From an uncultured bacterium (GTDB lineage Bacteria > Acidobacteriota > Thermoanaerobaculia > Multivoradales > JAHZIX01): a stretch of 64,000 nucleotides of DNA. The position numbers and the translations under genes are program-made. Under the pieces are notes generated by a model. That model did not search any database. It saw nothing but the letters and a program-made list of their open reading frames with translations, and was not told where the DNA came from. The stretch lies in contig CBDUPA010000013.1 in NCBI GenBank assembly GCA_965368975.1, positions 96,001 through 160,000 of the forward strand, read 5' to 3'. Below are positions 9,778-19,144 of this stretch, piece by piece (the stretch's first letter is position 1; each line of letters opens with the position of its first letter).

Positions 9778-10754
9778 GTCGTCGCGCGCCGCACCGCCCT
9801 GGCATGACGTCGCGCCGCTTCTGCCTGCTGGCGCAGGAGGTAAACCTTCGCTGAAGTCGGCTTGCCCGGTTCCAGCACCAACTTGAAGTGGCTGAGCAGG
9901 CGCACCCACGTCAGGTCCTGCCCCGGCCAGGCAAAGATGGTGTCCTTCTGCGTTTCGGTGCACAAGCCCGCCGCCACCAGACGATCTGTCAGCGCCAACC
10001 AGCGCGCTTCGCGGCTGGGCAAGCGCCGGTACGATCCCTCCAGGCCGATGCGCGAGCCGACCGCGTCGCTCACCTCGAACGAGAGGTGGAGTCGATCGAC
10101 ATCGTCGAGAATCTGGACCGCTTCGGTCAACTGTGCCGCCGGAACCGCCTCGTGCGTCCCTTCACCTCGCGCGCGTGCCAGATACGAGTCGACCTCCTGA
10201 AGAGGAACACCGAACAGCTCGAGCCGCAGCGCCCGCAGACCGCGAGCACGGAGGTCATAGGCGTAGAGCGGAAACGCATCGGCGGGCAAAGCGTCCAGGC
10301 AGAGCTCCAAAGTTCCGCGCCAGCTATCCGGTAAGGAACCGCCGACCAGCGCCGGCGCAAGCTGCTGTAGGAACCAAGCCCGGTCCAGGGGTCGTGTCAG
10401 CGTCCAGCACACGACCGGTACCACCGACTGCGCCGCTGACGGTTCGCCTGGCTCGCCTCGACCGAGATCGAACTCCAACCAAAGCGACGGTACGTAGCCA
10501 GCCTGCCACCAGGGCTCCCAAGTGGCACGCAACTCGGCGAAGCGTTCGTCCTCTCCCAGGTCGGACGGCCGCTCAACCTTGACCGAAAGGTCCACCGCTG
10601 AGTCAGCCGCCTTCGAACCGAGGCGGCACTCCAGCGCTTGCAACAATCCAGCAGGCAAGGAATCTGACTGCTGCCGGACACACAAAAGCGCCCGAGCCGT
10701 CGCCAGCTCAGGTGCCAGGTAACTTTCGAGATGCCCTGAACGGGCTGACGTCAA
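9699..10754 (-). CDS. Hypothetical protein, possible ABBA-type peptide prenyltransferase-like maturase
   Basis: 351-aa ORF whose TTG start overlaps the TGA of the upstream precursor gene (TTGA). Motifs LECRL, LWLEFD, RIGLE, LSHFKLV..PG.P..AKVYL. The functional call is recalled family resemblance only. Confidence 0.55.
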   Translation of the reverse strand: MTSARSGHLESYLAPELATARALLCVRQQSDSLPAGLLQALECRLGSKAADSAVDLSVKVERPSDLGEDERFAELRATWEPWWQAGYVPSLWLEFDLGRGEPGEPSAAQSVVPVVCWTLTRPLDRAWFLQQLAPALVGGSLPDSWRGTLELCLDALPADAFPLYAYDLRARGLRALRLELFGVPLQEVDSYLARARGEGTHEAVPAAQLTEAVQILDDVDRLHLSFEVSDAVGSRIGLEGSYRRLPSREARWLALTDRLVAAGLCTETQKDTIFAWPGQDLTWVRLLSHFKLVLEPGKPTSAKVYLLRQQAEAARRHARAVRRATTQAGVFTGGDAEEDSDASVDSAISMP

Positions 10755-10894
10755 CCGCCGCCGCCGGTGGTCGTGGTGGAGCCATCTCCCGGCTCCGTCC
10801 AGCCACCCGCGACCTCTTCCAAATCGTCCTCGGACAGCTCAGTGACCTCGACGTCCTCGTTCTCGTCCCGTAGATCTTGTTCCTGCTCTTGCAT
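10751..10894 (-). CDS. Double-glycine-leader precursor W2 (47 aa): MQEQEQDLRDENEDVEVTELSEDDLEEVAGG|WTEPGDGSTTTTGGGG
   Basis: Hand-translated; GGAGAG RBS upstream of ATG 10894; ELSxxDLxxVAGG leader motif; not in ORF track (<60 aa). Confidence 0.85.
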   Translation of the reverse strand: MQEQEQDLRDENEDVEVTELSEDDLEEVAGGWTEPGDGSTTTTGGGG

Positions 10895-10926
10895 GTACTC
10901 TCTCCGTTGGATCGGTGGCTATAGAC

Positions 10927-11076
10927 CTAGTTACTGCCGCCACCCTTGCCCGGCTTGGGGTCGGCCCAGCCGCCCGCCAAACCTTCCATGTCCTTCTCGC
11001 TCAACTCGGTGACTTCCTTGCCCTCTGACTCGATCTCAGATTCGGGCTTCTCGTCTCTTGGCTGCGGATCTTCCAT
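10927..11076 (-). CDS. Double-glycine-leader precursor W1 (49 aa): MEDPQPRDEKPESEIESEGKEVTELSEKDMEGLAGG|WADPKPGKGGGSN
   Basis: Hand-translated; AAGGAG RBS; VTELSE..ME.LAGG leader paralogous to W2. Confidence 0.85.
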   Translation of the reverse strand: MEDPQPRDEKPESEIESEGKEVTELSEKDMEGLAGGWADPKPGKGGGSN

Positions 11077-11099
11077 GACGGGCTCCTTGAATCATGAGA

Positions 11100-11127
11100 A
11101 ATCTAGCTCCTAGCCTAGTGGCGTCAA
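11100..11127 (-). promoter_or_regulatory. Candidate sigma-70 promoter for the W-peptide operon
   Basis: Minus strand TTGACG-N16-TAGATT just upstream of the AAGGAG RBS of W1. Confidence 0.3.
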
Positions 11128-11366
11128 GTAGACTCCACCGCCAGCCGATTTGTCAATCTTCGCCAGCTAGCCAGCCACGCAGCTCGTTGCCGCAGGAAAT
11201 CCGGGGGGTGGAGTTGGTCCCCCCCACCCGGAACCCGGCACAGCTGCGTACGAGGTTCCTGTCGGACACCGTGCCATCCACGGCCGCGAAGGAACTCGGG
11301 CACACCATGTGCTTGAAATGCTACAGACTCGCCACTCATTCCGCGCTCAATACAGAGCAGCATTTC

Positions 11367-11396
11367 TTGACACCTCCCATTCTTGCGCTGTAGTAT
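11367..11396 (+). promoter_or_regulatory. Candidate sigma-70 promoter for the radical SAM gene
   Basis: TTGACA (11367-11372)-N18-TAGTAT; GAGGAGG RBS at 11454-11460 before ATG 11465. Confidence 0.45.
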
Positions 11397-11464
11397 CCTC
11401 AATTAAGGGCTAGTTGATTCATGAGTCGTTCTTCGCAACTCGTTTACGGTATTGAGGAGGTTTC

Positions 11465-12916
11465 ATGCCTGCCGGAGTGTCCGAAAAACTCAACGTCTTA
11501 CCTCAGTCCCCGCTCGACGCTACTCCAGAGTGCCTAGCTTCTGCCCAACAAAGTAAGCCCAAGGCTACTGCTCATTGGATTCCGTCTCATTACAATATAC
11601 GGGCTCTCACCGAAGATGGCCGCCTCGTGCTCTGGAATACCTATCGCGGCTCCATGAGCGTATTCCCTGCTGACCAAACTAGCTATATCCGAGGCCTCCT
11701 CAAGAAGGGAGGAATTCACGGAAAAGCCGAAGGTCTCTTGGATTATCTTGTGCAAAAAGGTTTCATGATTTCCGCAGATGCAAATGAATATCGCCAGGTT
11801 CAAACGGCAATTCACCGTCAGCAGTTTCGAACGGACAGACAGGAACTGATTCTGCTCGCGTCCGAGGACTGTAATTTTCGCTGCCGGTACTGTTATGAAG
11901 ACTTTGCCAGAGGCACGATGCTTCCAGAAGTGCGCTCCGGCATCAAAAGCTTCATCCACAAATCACTGAAGCGCCTCACGTCCCTCCACATCAGCTGGTT
12001 CGGTGGAGAGCCGTTGTATGGCTTCTCTGCGATCGAAGATCTTGGCCCGTTCTTTGTCGAAGAATGTGAGAAGAACGAAATTTTCCTGTCCTCTCACATG
12101 ACCACGAATGGTTACCTCCTAACACCTGAAGTCGCAGGCAAGCTCTTGTCCTGGAAGATCAATGACTTTCAAGTGACAATGGATGGGCTACAAGAAGAGC
12201 ACGATTGTAATCGACCAACCCGGGACGGAGAAGGCACCTTCCAGACGATCTTCAACAACCTCGTGAGCCTGAGCAAAAGAGATGACTCTTTCTTGGTCAG
12301 CATTCGAGTCAACTATGACCAGGAGAATGCACCTCGGCTCGATGAGTTCGTCCCCTTGATCGAAAAGCACTTTGCGTACGATGAAAGGTTCCGCTTGGAC
12401 CTTCATCCAATCGGCCAATGGGGTGGTGAAAACGACGAATCCCTCCAAGTCTGCGGCAAAGAAGATTCTCGGAAGCTTCAAGCAAGGCTGAGAGCAGAGG
12501 CTCACCGAAGAGGCATTCAGGTAGGTACCCTGCGCGAAGCCAATCGGCTTGGAGGCGAGGTCTGCTATGCAGCTCGGCCCTACAACCTCCTGATCGGAGC
12601 AACCGGCAAGATAATGAAGTGCACCGTCACGCTGGATACTCAAGAGGAAAATGTTGTAGGCGTGCTCCATGAGGATGGGACTGTCGAGATCAATGACGAC
12701 AGGATGGCGCTATGGACGGAACCCGCCTTTGAGACCGACGAACAATGCCAGAAGTGCGTTGTTCTCCCTACCTGTCAGGGGACACACTGCCCACTGATCC
12801 GCATCCGGACCGGCAACTCCCCATGCAGTGGCCTGAGGCTAGGAGCGAAACCCCAGTTACTAGAGGCCCTCCAGTTTCGATCAGATAAACTGAGACAAAA
12901 AACTGTGTCTTCTTGA
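11465..12916 (+). CDS. Radical SAM/SPASM peptide maturase
   Basis: CNFRCRYC (CxxxCxxC); WFGGEPL; TTNGYLL; SPASM cysteines CYAA, KC and CQKCVVLPTCQGTHC; N-terminal RRE-like segment (LVLWNTYRGS...LVQKGF). Confidence 0.92.
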   Translation: MPAGVSEKLNVLPQSPLDATPECLASAQQSKPKATAHWIPSHYNIRALTEDGRLVLWNTYRGSMSVFPADQTSYIRGLLKKGGIHGKAEGLLDYLVQKGFMISADANEYRQVQTAIHRQQFRTDRQELILLASEDCNFRCRYCYEDFARGTMLPEVRSGIKSFIHKSLKRLTSLHISWFGGEPLYGFSAIEDLGPFFVEECEKNEIFLSSHMTTNGYLLTPEVAGKLLSWKINDFQVTMDGLQEEHDCNRPTRDGEGTFQTIFNNLVSLSKRDDSFLVSIRVNYDQENAPRLDEFVPLIEKHFAYDERFRLDLHPIGQWGGENDESLQVCGKEDSRKLQARLRAEAHRRGIQVGTLREANRLGGEVCYAARPYNLLIGATGKIMKCTVTLDTQEENVVGVLHEDGTVEINDDRMALWTEPAFETDEQCQKCVVLPTCQGTHCPLIRIRTGNSPCSGLRLGAKPQLLEALQFRSDKLRQKTVSS

Positions 12917-12957
12917 CCTTTAGTGGAGAGAAGCACCAAGAGGTAGTTCTGCCGACG

Positions 12958-12973
12958 TGGCGGAACATCTGCA
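12958..12973 (+). promoter_or_regulatory. Candidate sigma-54 (-24/-12) promoter for the NxC precursor
   Basis: TGGCGGAACATCTGCA = GG-N10-GC, ~45 bp before ATG 13017. Confidence 0.3.
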
Positions 12974-13016
12974 TATCACAAGGGCACTGAAGCCCTAAAA
13001 TGAGGAGAGATTGGCA

Positions 13017-13151
13017 ATGAGCGAATCCGTCAAGATCCAGGGAAAAGAGTTGGAAGTTCAAGAACTAAATGATGAAGCTCTGGAAGATGTCGCAGGCGGC
13101 ACCAAGGACACCAACCAGTGCACCGTCATCAATATCTGCAGCGCTGAATAA
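13017..13151 (+). CDS. Double-glycine-leader Cys-containing precursor (44 aa): MSESVKIQGKELEVQELNDEALEDVAGG|TKDTNQCTVINICSAE
   Basis: Hand-translated; GAGGAG RBS; EL.DE.LEDVAGG leader; directly downstream of the rSAM/SPASM gene. Confidence 0.88.
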   Translation: MSESVKIQGKELEVQELNDEALEDVAGGTKDTNQCTVINICSAE

Positions 13152-13181
13152 GCCCGCTATCCCACGATAGCTCTTTGGTGA

Positions 13182-13234
13182 GAGTCGTAGTCGGGGTTTC
13201 CCGACCGAGAATTGGAAGCCCCGACTACCGACTC
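13182..13234. terminator. Long stem-loop between the convergent precursor and DUF2071 genes
   Basis: gagtcgtagtcggggtttcc / ggaagccccgactaccgactc inverted repeat (~20 bp, one bulge, one G-U). Confidence 0.6.
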
Positions 13235-13310
13235 ACTAGCTGGCGCGTATCTCGATCAAGACCAACCTCCTAGCAGTTGGGCCTTATCCACCTCTAGATC
13301 AAACCGAAGG

Positions 13311-14090
13311 TCACCGCGCTATTTCAGGATTCCCACTTTGGGCTCTCAGCCCCCACACCACCACCTCGACGCCCGTCGAGAAGTGCAGAAAACTCGGCTC
13401 CCCTCCCACTCCTGACACAGCCCACTCCAGCACCCCGTTCTCCCCAACCTCCGCCTCCGCCCGCTGCAACGGCCACGGTACATGGTGCACTTCCGCCCGG
13501 TACAGCCTCCCCCGCCTCGACGCCGCATACAGGCAGTAGCGCTCCGTCAGAAAGTGTTCAATCGTCCCCGGCTTCGCCAGCTCGACGTCGGTCGTCGGCC
13601 TGTAGCGGATCTCCAGCCGCGACGCATCGCCTTTCTCTCGCCGCCGTGACCTGACCCGGAACTCTTCCCCATCGCCGTGAAAGTCGATCGAAGCATGCTT
13701 GTAGGGTAGATGAAAGAAGCGCCGCGCCGCCCACACAGCGAGTGGATTCGATGCATCCAGGCTGAAGAACCAGACTCCCGGTTTGCCGCCGTGGGTGACG
13801 TAGGTACGCACGTTGATTTCCGGAAACGCGGAAACCCACGGGAGATTGGGCAGTGGTCGTCGCATTACGCCTTCCATGCGAAAGGGAACGACGCCGATCC
13901 AGGCAGTGCCATCGAACTCGTCGAGTTCCAGCGCCTCTGGGATCAGTGGCCGCAGCGTCGACGCCTTGACCGGCCAGTGGGCGAAGAGTAGATCACGCCA
14001 CTCCTGGCGCCAGGTCCACCGCCTTTTCGGCAGGGGCCAGGGACGGTGATCAATCTGGGCGAAGGCAGGGTGACGCATAGAATCCTTCAC
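13311..14090 (-). CDS. YqjF/DUF2071 family protein
   Basis: HRPWPLP...[46 protein letters not shown]. Confidence 0.88.
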   Translation of the reverse strand: MKDSMRHPAFAQIDHRPWPLPKRRWTWRQEWRDLLFAHWPVKASTLRPLIPEALELDEFDGTAWIGVVPFRMEGVMRRPLPNLPWVSAFPEINVRTYVTHGGKPGVWFFSLDASNPLAVWAARRFFHLPYKHASIDFHGDGEEFRVRSRRREKGDASRLEIRYRPTTDVELAKPGTIEHFLTERYCLYAASRRGRLYRAEVHHVPWPLQRAEAEVGENGVLEWAVSGVGGEPSFLHFSTGVEVVVWGLRAQSGNPEIAR

Positions 14091-16081
14091 CCCGTATAGA
14101 TCTGTACTTCCCGCAAGGCCTTCAGCTTGTCCCGCAACGCCGCCGCCTGCTCGAACTCTAGGTTCTTGGCCGCCACTTTCATCTCTTTCTCCAACCGCTT
14201 GATCTGCTTGGCCAGCGTCTCGCCTTCGCGCGCTTCCCCGATGTCCGACGCCTTGACGACGCCGATATCGTAGTAGTCGAGATTCGCCAGGGCGACGAGG
14301 GGGCTGTGGATGTCCTTGAGGATGGTGGCGGGCTCGATGCCATGCTCGATGTTGTAGGCGTGCTGGGTCTCGCGGCGACGGGTAGTCTCCTCCATCGCAC
14401 GGTGCATGCTCTTGGTAATGCGATCGGCGTAGAAGATGACGTGACTGCCGACATTACGGGCGGCGCGGCCGGCAGTTTGGATGAGGGAGGTTTCGGAGCG
14501 CAGGAAACCCTCCTTGTCGGCGTCGAGAATCGCTACCAAAGAGACTTCCGGAAGGTCGAGACCTTCGCGCAGCAGATTGATGCCGACCAGGATGTCGAAC
14601 TCGCCTCTGCGCAGGCCGGTGATGATCTCGACGCGTTCGAGGGTCTCGATGTCGCTGTGCATGTAGCGTACGCGCATGTCGAGTTCACCCAGGTACTGGC
14701 TCAGCTCCTCGGACATGCGTTTGGTCAGGGTGGTCACCAGGACGCGCTCGCCTTTGTCGATCACCTTGCGCACCTCGGCGACCAGGTCGTCGACCTGACC
14801 CTGCGCTGGACGCACCTCGATCTCGGGGTCGAGCAGGCCCGTGGGGCGGATCAGCTGCTCGACGACGACGCCACCAGTGCGCTCTAGCTCGAACGGAGCC
14901 GGCGTCGCCGAGACGTAGATGCGCTGGCCGACTTTTTCGTCGAACTCTTCGAACTTGAGGGGGCGGTTATCGAGGGCGCTGGGTAGACGGAAACCGAAGT
15001 CGACCAGCGTCTGCTTGCGCGAGCGATCGCCGTGGTACATGGCGCGCACTTGCGGCATCGTTTGGTGACTCTCGTCGACCACCAGCAAGAAGTCGTCGGG
15101 CAGATAGCTGAGCAGCGTCGGGGGGGCTTCGCCGGGCGCGCTGCCGGAGAGATGACGCGAGTAGTTCTCGATACCGTGGCAGAAGCCGATTTCCTGCAGC
15201 ATCTCGAGATCGAAGCGGGTGCGCTGCTCCAGGCGTTGGGCTTCGAGTAGCTTGTTCTCCGCCTCTAGCACGGCCAGGCGTTCTTGCAGCTCTTCGCGGA
15301 TAGTCTCCATGGCGCGCAACATGCGCTCGCGCGGCGTCACGTAGTGGGTCTTGGGGAAGACCGCGACGCGGCTGACTTCGTCCAGCACGTGACCGCGCAA
15401 CGGGTCGAAACGCGTGATGCGCTCGATCTCGTCACCGAAGTACTCGACGCGCACGCCGACGTCCTCATAGGCCGGCTGAATCTCGAGCACGTCGCCACGC
15501 ACGCGGAAGGCTCCGTGGTAGAGGTCCATGTTGGTGCGCTCGTACTGCATCGCCACAAGCTGCTTGAGTGCCTGCTCGAGACCGCTCTCATCGCCCTGCT
15601 CGAAGAAGTGCAGCATGCCGAAGAAAGCATCCGGCGAGCCGAGGCCGTAGATGCACGACACCGACGCGACGATCAACACATCACGACGCTCGAACAGCGC
15701 CTTGGTGGCGCGCAAGCGCAGGCGGTCGATCTCTTCGTTGATGCTGGTTTCTTTTTCGATGTAGGTGTCGCTGGCAGGGACGTAGGCTTCGGGCTGGTAG
15801 TAGTCGTAGTAGGAAACGAAGTACTCGACGGCGTTGTGCGGGAAGAAGCTGCGGAACTCTTGGAACAGCTGTGCCGCCAGCGTCTTGTTGTGCGACAGCA
15901 CCAGCGTCGGACGGTTCAAGGTCTGCACGACCTGGGCGATGGTGAAGGTCTTGCCGGAGCCGGTGACACCGAGCAGGACTTGCTCCTTGTCGCCCGCTTC
16001 GGCGCGTTCGACCAGGGCTTCGATGGCCGCGGGTTGGTCACCCTGGGGGGTGAAGGGGGAAACGATTTGGAAGTCTGGCAT
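14087..16081 (-). CDS. uvrB: Excinuclease ABC subunit B
   Basis: [56 protein letters not shown]-terminal UVR domain. Confidence 0.98.
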   Translation of the reverse strand: MPDFQIVSPFTPQGDQPAAIEALVERAEAGDKEQVLLGVTGSGKTFTIAQVVQTLNRPTLVLSHNKTLAAQLFQEFRSFFPHNAVEYFVSYYDYYQPEAYVPASDTYIEKETSINEEIDRLRLRATKALFERRDVLIVASVSCIYGLGSPDAFFGMLHFFEQGDESGLEQALKQLVAMQYERTNMDLYHGAFRVRGDVLEIQPAYEDVGVRVEYFGDEIERITRFDPLRGHVLDEVSRVAVFPKTHYVTPRERMLRAMETIREELQERLAVLEAENKLLEAQRLEQRTRFDLEMLQEIGFCHGIENYSRHLSGSAPGEAPPTLLSYLPDDFLLVVDESHQTMPQVRAMYHGDRSRKQTLVDFGFRLPSALDNRPLKFEEFDEKVGQRIYVSATPAPFELERTGGVVVEQLIRPTGLLDPEIEVRPAQGQVDDLVAEVRKVIDKGERVLVTTLTKRMSEELSQYLGELDMRVRYMHSDIETLERVEIITGLRRGEFDILVGINLLREGLDLPEVSLVAILDADKEGFLRSETSLIQTAGRAARNVGSHVIFYADRITKSMHRAMEETTRRRETQHAYNIEHGIEPATILKDIHSPLVALANLDYYDIGVVKASDIGEAREGETLAKQIKRLEKEMKVAAKNLEFEQAAALRDKLKALREVQIYTG

Positions 16082-16093
16082 GGCGCAGGAATC

Positions 16094-16885
16094 CTATACT
16101 CCGGCCTGGGCTACCGGTGTCGAAGTTCTGACCAGACGCCGAATCTCGTCGTAGCCATGGACATGCTGCCCCGGACGCCCCTGCAGAGCCGCTTGTACCA
16201 TCGCTCGAGCCAGTACCTGGGCGCGCAGCGGCCGGTAGGCGCGCAGCGGCCCGACGAGCAATGGCGATAGGACCCAGCTCACCACGCCCCCCAGCTTCTC
16301 CAGCCAGCGGGGGGCTTCGTCCGGACGTTTGCCGAGCAACATGCTGGGCCGGAAGACCTGCAGCGACGGATAGTCCAACACCGCGACGGACGCCTCCGCG
16401 TCCGCCTTGACGCGCAGAAAGAAATTCGGCACGTGCGGCGCGGTGCCTGCCGAGGTGATCAGCAGGAAGCGCTGAGCGCCGGCCTGGCGGGCGTGATAGG
16501 CCAGTTTGGCGACGTAGCCGTGGTCGACGCGGCGGTACTCGGCGCGCGGCGTGCTGCGTGCCAGCGGAGCCCCGAGGCAGCAGAAAATATCGTCGCCGGT
16601 CATCCAAGAAAGGTGTCGGTGCAGGTCGTCGAACTCGAGCTCGTGCTCGACCAGCTTCGGATGCGTGCGACCACTGGCGCGCCGACCCAGCGTCACGACT
16701 CTCGTGTACCGCGGCTCGGCGAGCACTACCTCGAGGAGGTAATGTCCGACCAACCCCGTCGCACCCGCGATCACGGCCGTGCGGCCGGCGCCGGTCTTCC
16801 CTGCTGACGGAACTTCCCCTGCGCGCGGAGCTGCCCTTTCTGTAGGAAGAAGTGAGGCCGAAGGAGCTGTAGCGGAGGCGGTCAC
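16094..16885 (-). CDS. NAD(P)-binding oxidoreductase (YraR/HTATIP2-like atypical SDR)
   Basis: AGATGLVG Rossmann motif; FCCLG; VFRPSMLLG; 'YRPLRAQVLARAM'. Confidence 0.8.
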   Translation of the reverse strand: MTASATAPSASLLPTERAAPRAGEVPSAGKTGAGRTAVIAGATGLVGHYLLEVVLAEPRYTRVVTLGRRASGRTHPKLVEHELEFDDLHRHLSWMTGDDIFCCLGAPLARSTPRAEYRRVDHGYVAKLAYHARQAGAQRFLLITSAGTAPHVPNFFLRVKADAEASVAVLDYPSLQVFRPSMLLGKRPDEAPRWLEKLGGVVSWVLSPLLVGPLRAYRPLRAQVLARAMVQAALQGRPGQHVHGYDEIRRLVRTSTPVAQAGV

Positions 16886-16905
16886 GGCGCTATCATACAG
16901 GCTTC

Positions 16906-18420
16906 ATGGTCTTCAGCTCGCCCCTCTTCGTCTTCTACTTCCTGCCGCTGGCGCTGCTGACCTACTATGCCCTGCTGGCCGTCACCCGGCGCTCGAACTC
17001 GCCGGGCCTCCCCCTCCGGCACGTCGCCTTGACCCTGCTCAGCTACCTTTTCTACGGCTGGTCCAATCCCGCCTTCTGCCTGCTGATGCTGCTGTCGACG
17101 GGGATCGACTATCTGTGCGGCCTGGCGTTGGTCGGTCGCCTGGACCGCAGAGCGATCTTGGGCGTCGAGGACCTACCAAGGCTCGATCCTGAATGCGACC
17201 GGACGCGCGCCCAGAAGTGGGCGGTGACCGTGTCGGTGATCAGCAACCTGTCGCTGCTCGGCTTCTTCAAGTACTTCAATTTCGCCGTCGACAGCTACAC
17301 CGCACTCCTGGCTTCACTGGGCCTGGACGGAGCTAGTGCCGACACACTGCTGCGCGTCACGCTGCCGCTGGGCATCAGCTTCTACACCTTCCAGTCGATG
17401 AGCTACACGCTCGACGTCTACCGTGGCCAGACGGCACCGCTCGCCCGCTTCGTCGACTTCGCCTGCTACGTCTCGATGTTCCCGCAGCTGGTCGCCGGAC
17501 CGATCATCCGTTTCTCCGAGGTCGCCGAGCAACTGCGCGAGCGCACGCACACGCTCGAGAAGTTTTCCCGCGGCTGTGCCTTCTTCAGCCTTGGCATGGC
17601 CAAGAAGGTCCTGCTGGCCAATCCGTGCGGGCAGATCGCAGACCTGGTCTTCGACGCCGGCTCTGTGCACACGCTCGACGCCTGGTTCGGTCTCTTCGCC
17701 TACGGCTTCCAGATCTACTTCGACTTCAGCGGCTACTCGGACATGGCGATCGGCCTCGGCTTGATGCTCGGCTTCGTCTTCCCCAAGAACTTCGACTCCC
17801 CCTACAAGGCGCGCAGCGTCACCGATTTCTGGCGTCGCTGGCACATCTCGCTCTCCAGCTGGCTGCGCGACTATCTCTACATTCCCCTCGGCGGTAATCG
17901 CAAAGGCACGGCGCGCACCTACGTCAACTTGATGCTGGTGATGCTGCTCGGCGGCCTGTGGCACGGCGCGTCGTGGAACTTCGTCCTCTGGGGTGGGCTG
18001 CACGGCTTGTTTCTCGCTATTGAACGGATGCTGGGCAAGTCCAGTCCACTGCGTCGCTGGCCGATCGCGGCACAGGTCACCTTGACCTTCCTGCTGGTCA
18101 ACCTGCCGTGGGTCTTCTTCCGCGCCGAGACTCTCGACGGTGCCTTGGCTATGCTGGTCAGCCTGTGCGGTCTCGGTCCCCTCCTGCAAGGCGCAGACCC
18201 ACAGGCAGGCGCCACGCTCCTGGCCGGCTTGCTCTATACGCCGTACCACCTGATCTGCTTCAGCCTCGCCGCGCTCGTCACTTTCGGTGCGCCCCAAACC
18301 TGGGACTGGACGCGCCACCTCACACCCACGCGCGCCTTCGTCGCACTGCTGCTCTTTGCTCTCGCTCTGGTGTCCATGCTGAGCCAGGGCTACAACCCGT
18401 TCATCTATTTCATTTTCTGA
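16906..18420 (+). CDS. algI: MBOAT family O-acyltransferase (AlgI/PatA-like)
   Basis: MVFSS..F..YFLP, LPLGISFYTFQSMSY, FPQLVAGPIIR, QIYFDFSGYSDMAIGLG, FWRRWHISLSSWLRDYLYIPLGGNR, GLWHGA, C-terminal NPFIYFIF. Confidence 0.9.
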   Translation: MVFSSPLFVFYFLPLALLTYYALLAVTRRSNSPGLPLRHVALTLLSYLFYGWSNPAFCLLMLLSTGIDYLCGLALVGRLDRRAILGVEDLPRLDPECDRTRAQKWAVTVSVISNLSLLGFFKYFNFAVDSYTALLASLGLDGASADTLLRVTLPLGISFYTFQSMSYTLDVYRGQTAPLARFVDFACYVSMFPQLVAGPIIRFSEVAEQLRERTHTLEKFSRGCAFFSLGMAKKVLLANPCGQIADLVFDAGSVHTLDAWFGLFAYGFQIYFDFSGYSDMAIGLGLMLGFVFPKNFDSPYKARSVTDFWRRWHISLSSWLRDYLYIPLGGNRKGTARTYVNLMLVMLLGGLWHGASWNFVLWGGLHGLFLAIERMLGKSSPLRRWPIAAQVTLTFLLVNLPWVFFRAETLDGALAMLVSLCGLGPLLQGADPQAGATLLAGLLYTPYHLICFSLAALVTFGAPQTWDWTRHLTPTRAFVALLLFALALVSMLSQGYNPFIYFIF

Positions 18421-18430
18421 GCCCGGCGGC

Positions 18431-18568
18431 ACTCACTGAGGCACGAAAACTGAGTAAGTGGCTACCCACTTTCGAGGTCACGAGTACTCACTTCAGAGAT
18501 ACAGAATTTCTAGTCACTCAGGAATAGCCTGTATCTAGAGGGTTTTCGAAACTGGCACGGTCCTTGAA
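18431..18568 (+). promoter_or_regulatory. Candidate sigma-54 promoter with upstream enhancer-like repeats for the graspetide precursors
   Basis: CTGGCACGGTCCTTGAA at 18552-18568 (consensus -24 element, -12 GA variant). Imperfect palindrome TGAGTA-N6-TACCCA at 18451-18468; ACTCA half-sites at 18431, 18486 and 18516. Confidence 0.55.
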
Positions 18569-18683
18569 ATGAACTGGATACAAGGACGGCGATGAAACCC
18601 AGAGCACACTGGAAGTACTCGCCAAGTACCAACAAACAGGAGTCTTCTGACTTGACTCCACTGCACAGTCCAGGAGTAGAAAC

Positions 18684-18839
18684 ATGAAGAAGCTAGAACG
18701 CGTCAACGGTGAACTGTTCGAGAGCCTGACCGTCGAGGAGACCCAGATGGTCGCCGGTGGTGCCGAAGGCACCGCGGAAGCCACCTACAACCAGACCTCC
18801 GGCTGGGATGCCAAGGCCGATATCAAGTTCAAGTTCTGA
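18684..18839 (+). CDS. Graspetide precursor A1 (51 aa): MKKLERVNGELFESLTVEETQMVAGG|AEGTAEATYNQTSGWDAKADIKFKF
   Basis: Hand-translated; AGGAG RBS; GG leader; upstream of the ATP-grasp maturase. Confidence 0.9.
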   Translation: MKKLERVNGELFESLTVEETQMVAGGAEGTAEATYNQTSGWDAKADIKFKF

Positions 18840-18894
18840 TCCTAGGCTCGTCAGCCACCTCTACTTCACCTTCTGATGCATCAGGGGAACCACC

Positions 18895-19059
18895 ATGAAG
18901 AAGACGAAACTGGAGCGTCTGCAGGGCAAACTCTTCGAGTCTCTGAGCACGGAGCAGGTCCAGATGACAGCCGGCGGCGGCACCTACGTGCTCGACTACA
19001 GCTACAACGAGACCGGCATCTATGACGCCCAAGGTCTTCCGGACGCCCTGTTCAAGTAG
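18895..19059 (+). CDS. Graspetide precursor A2 (54 aa): MKKTKLERLQGKLFESLSTEQVQMTAGG|GTYVLDYSYNETGIYDAQGLPDALFK
   Basis: Hand-translated; AGGGGA RBS; leader paralogous to A1/A3 (KLER...LFESL). Confidence 0.88.
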   Translation: MKKTKLERLQGKLFESLSTEQVQMTAGGGTYVLDYSYNETGIYDAQGLPDALFK

Positions 19060-19144
19060 TGCAACTCAAGCGGATCGCACAGTTGCATACCTCCGTCAGA
19101 TACCGCATCGAATCACGCACTGAATCAACCAAGAGGACAGACCC

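Noticed and set aside
11261-11334. Minus-strand sigma-54-like motifs upstream of the W-peptides
   Set aside because: TGGCACG-N4-CCGAC has a poor -12 element and TGGCGAG-N4-TAGCA is ~240 bp from the start; both could be chance matches.
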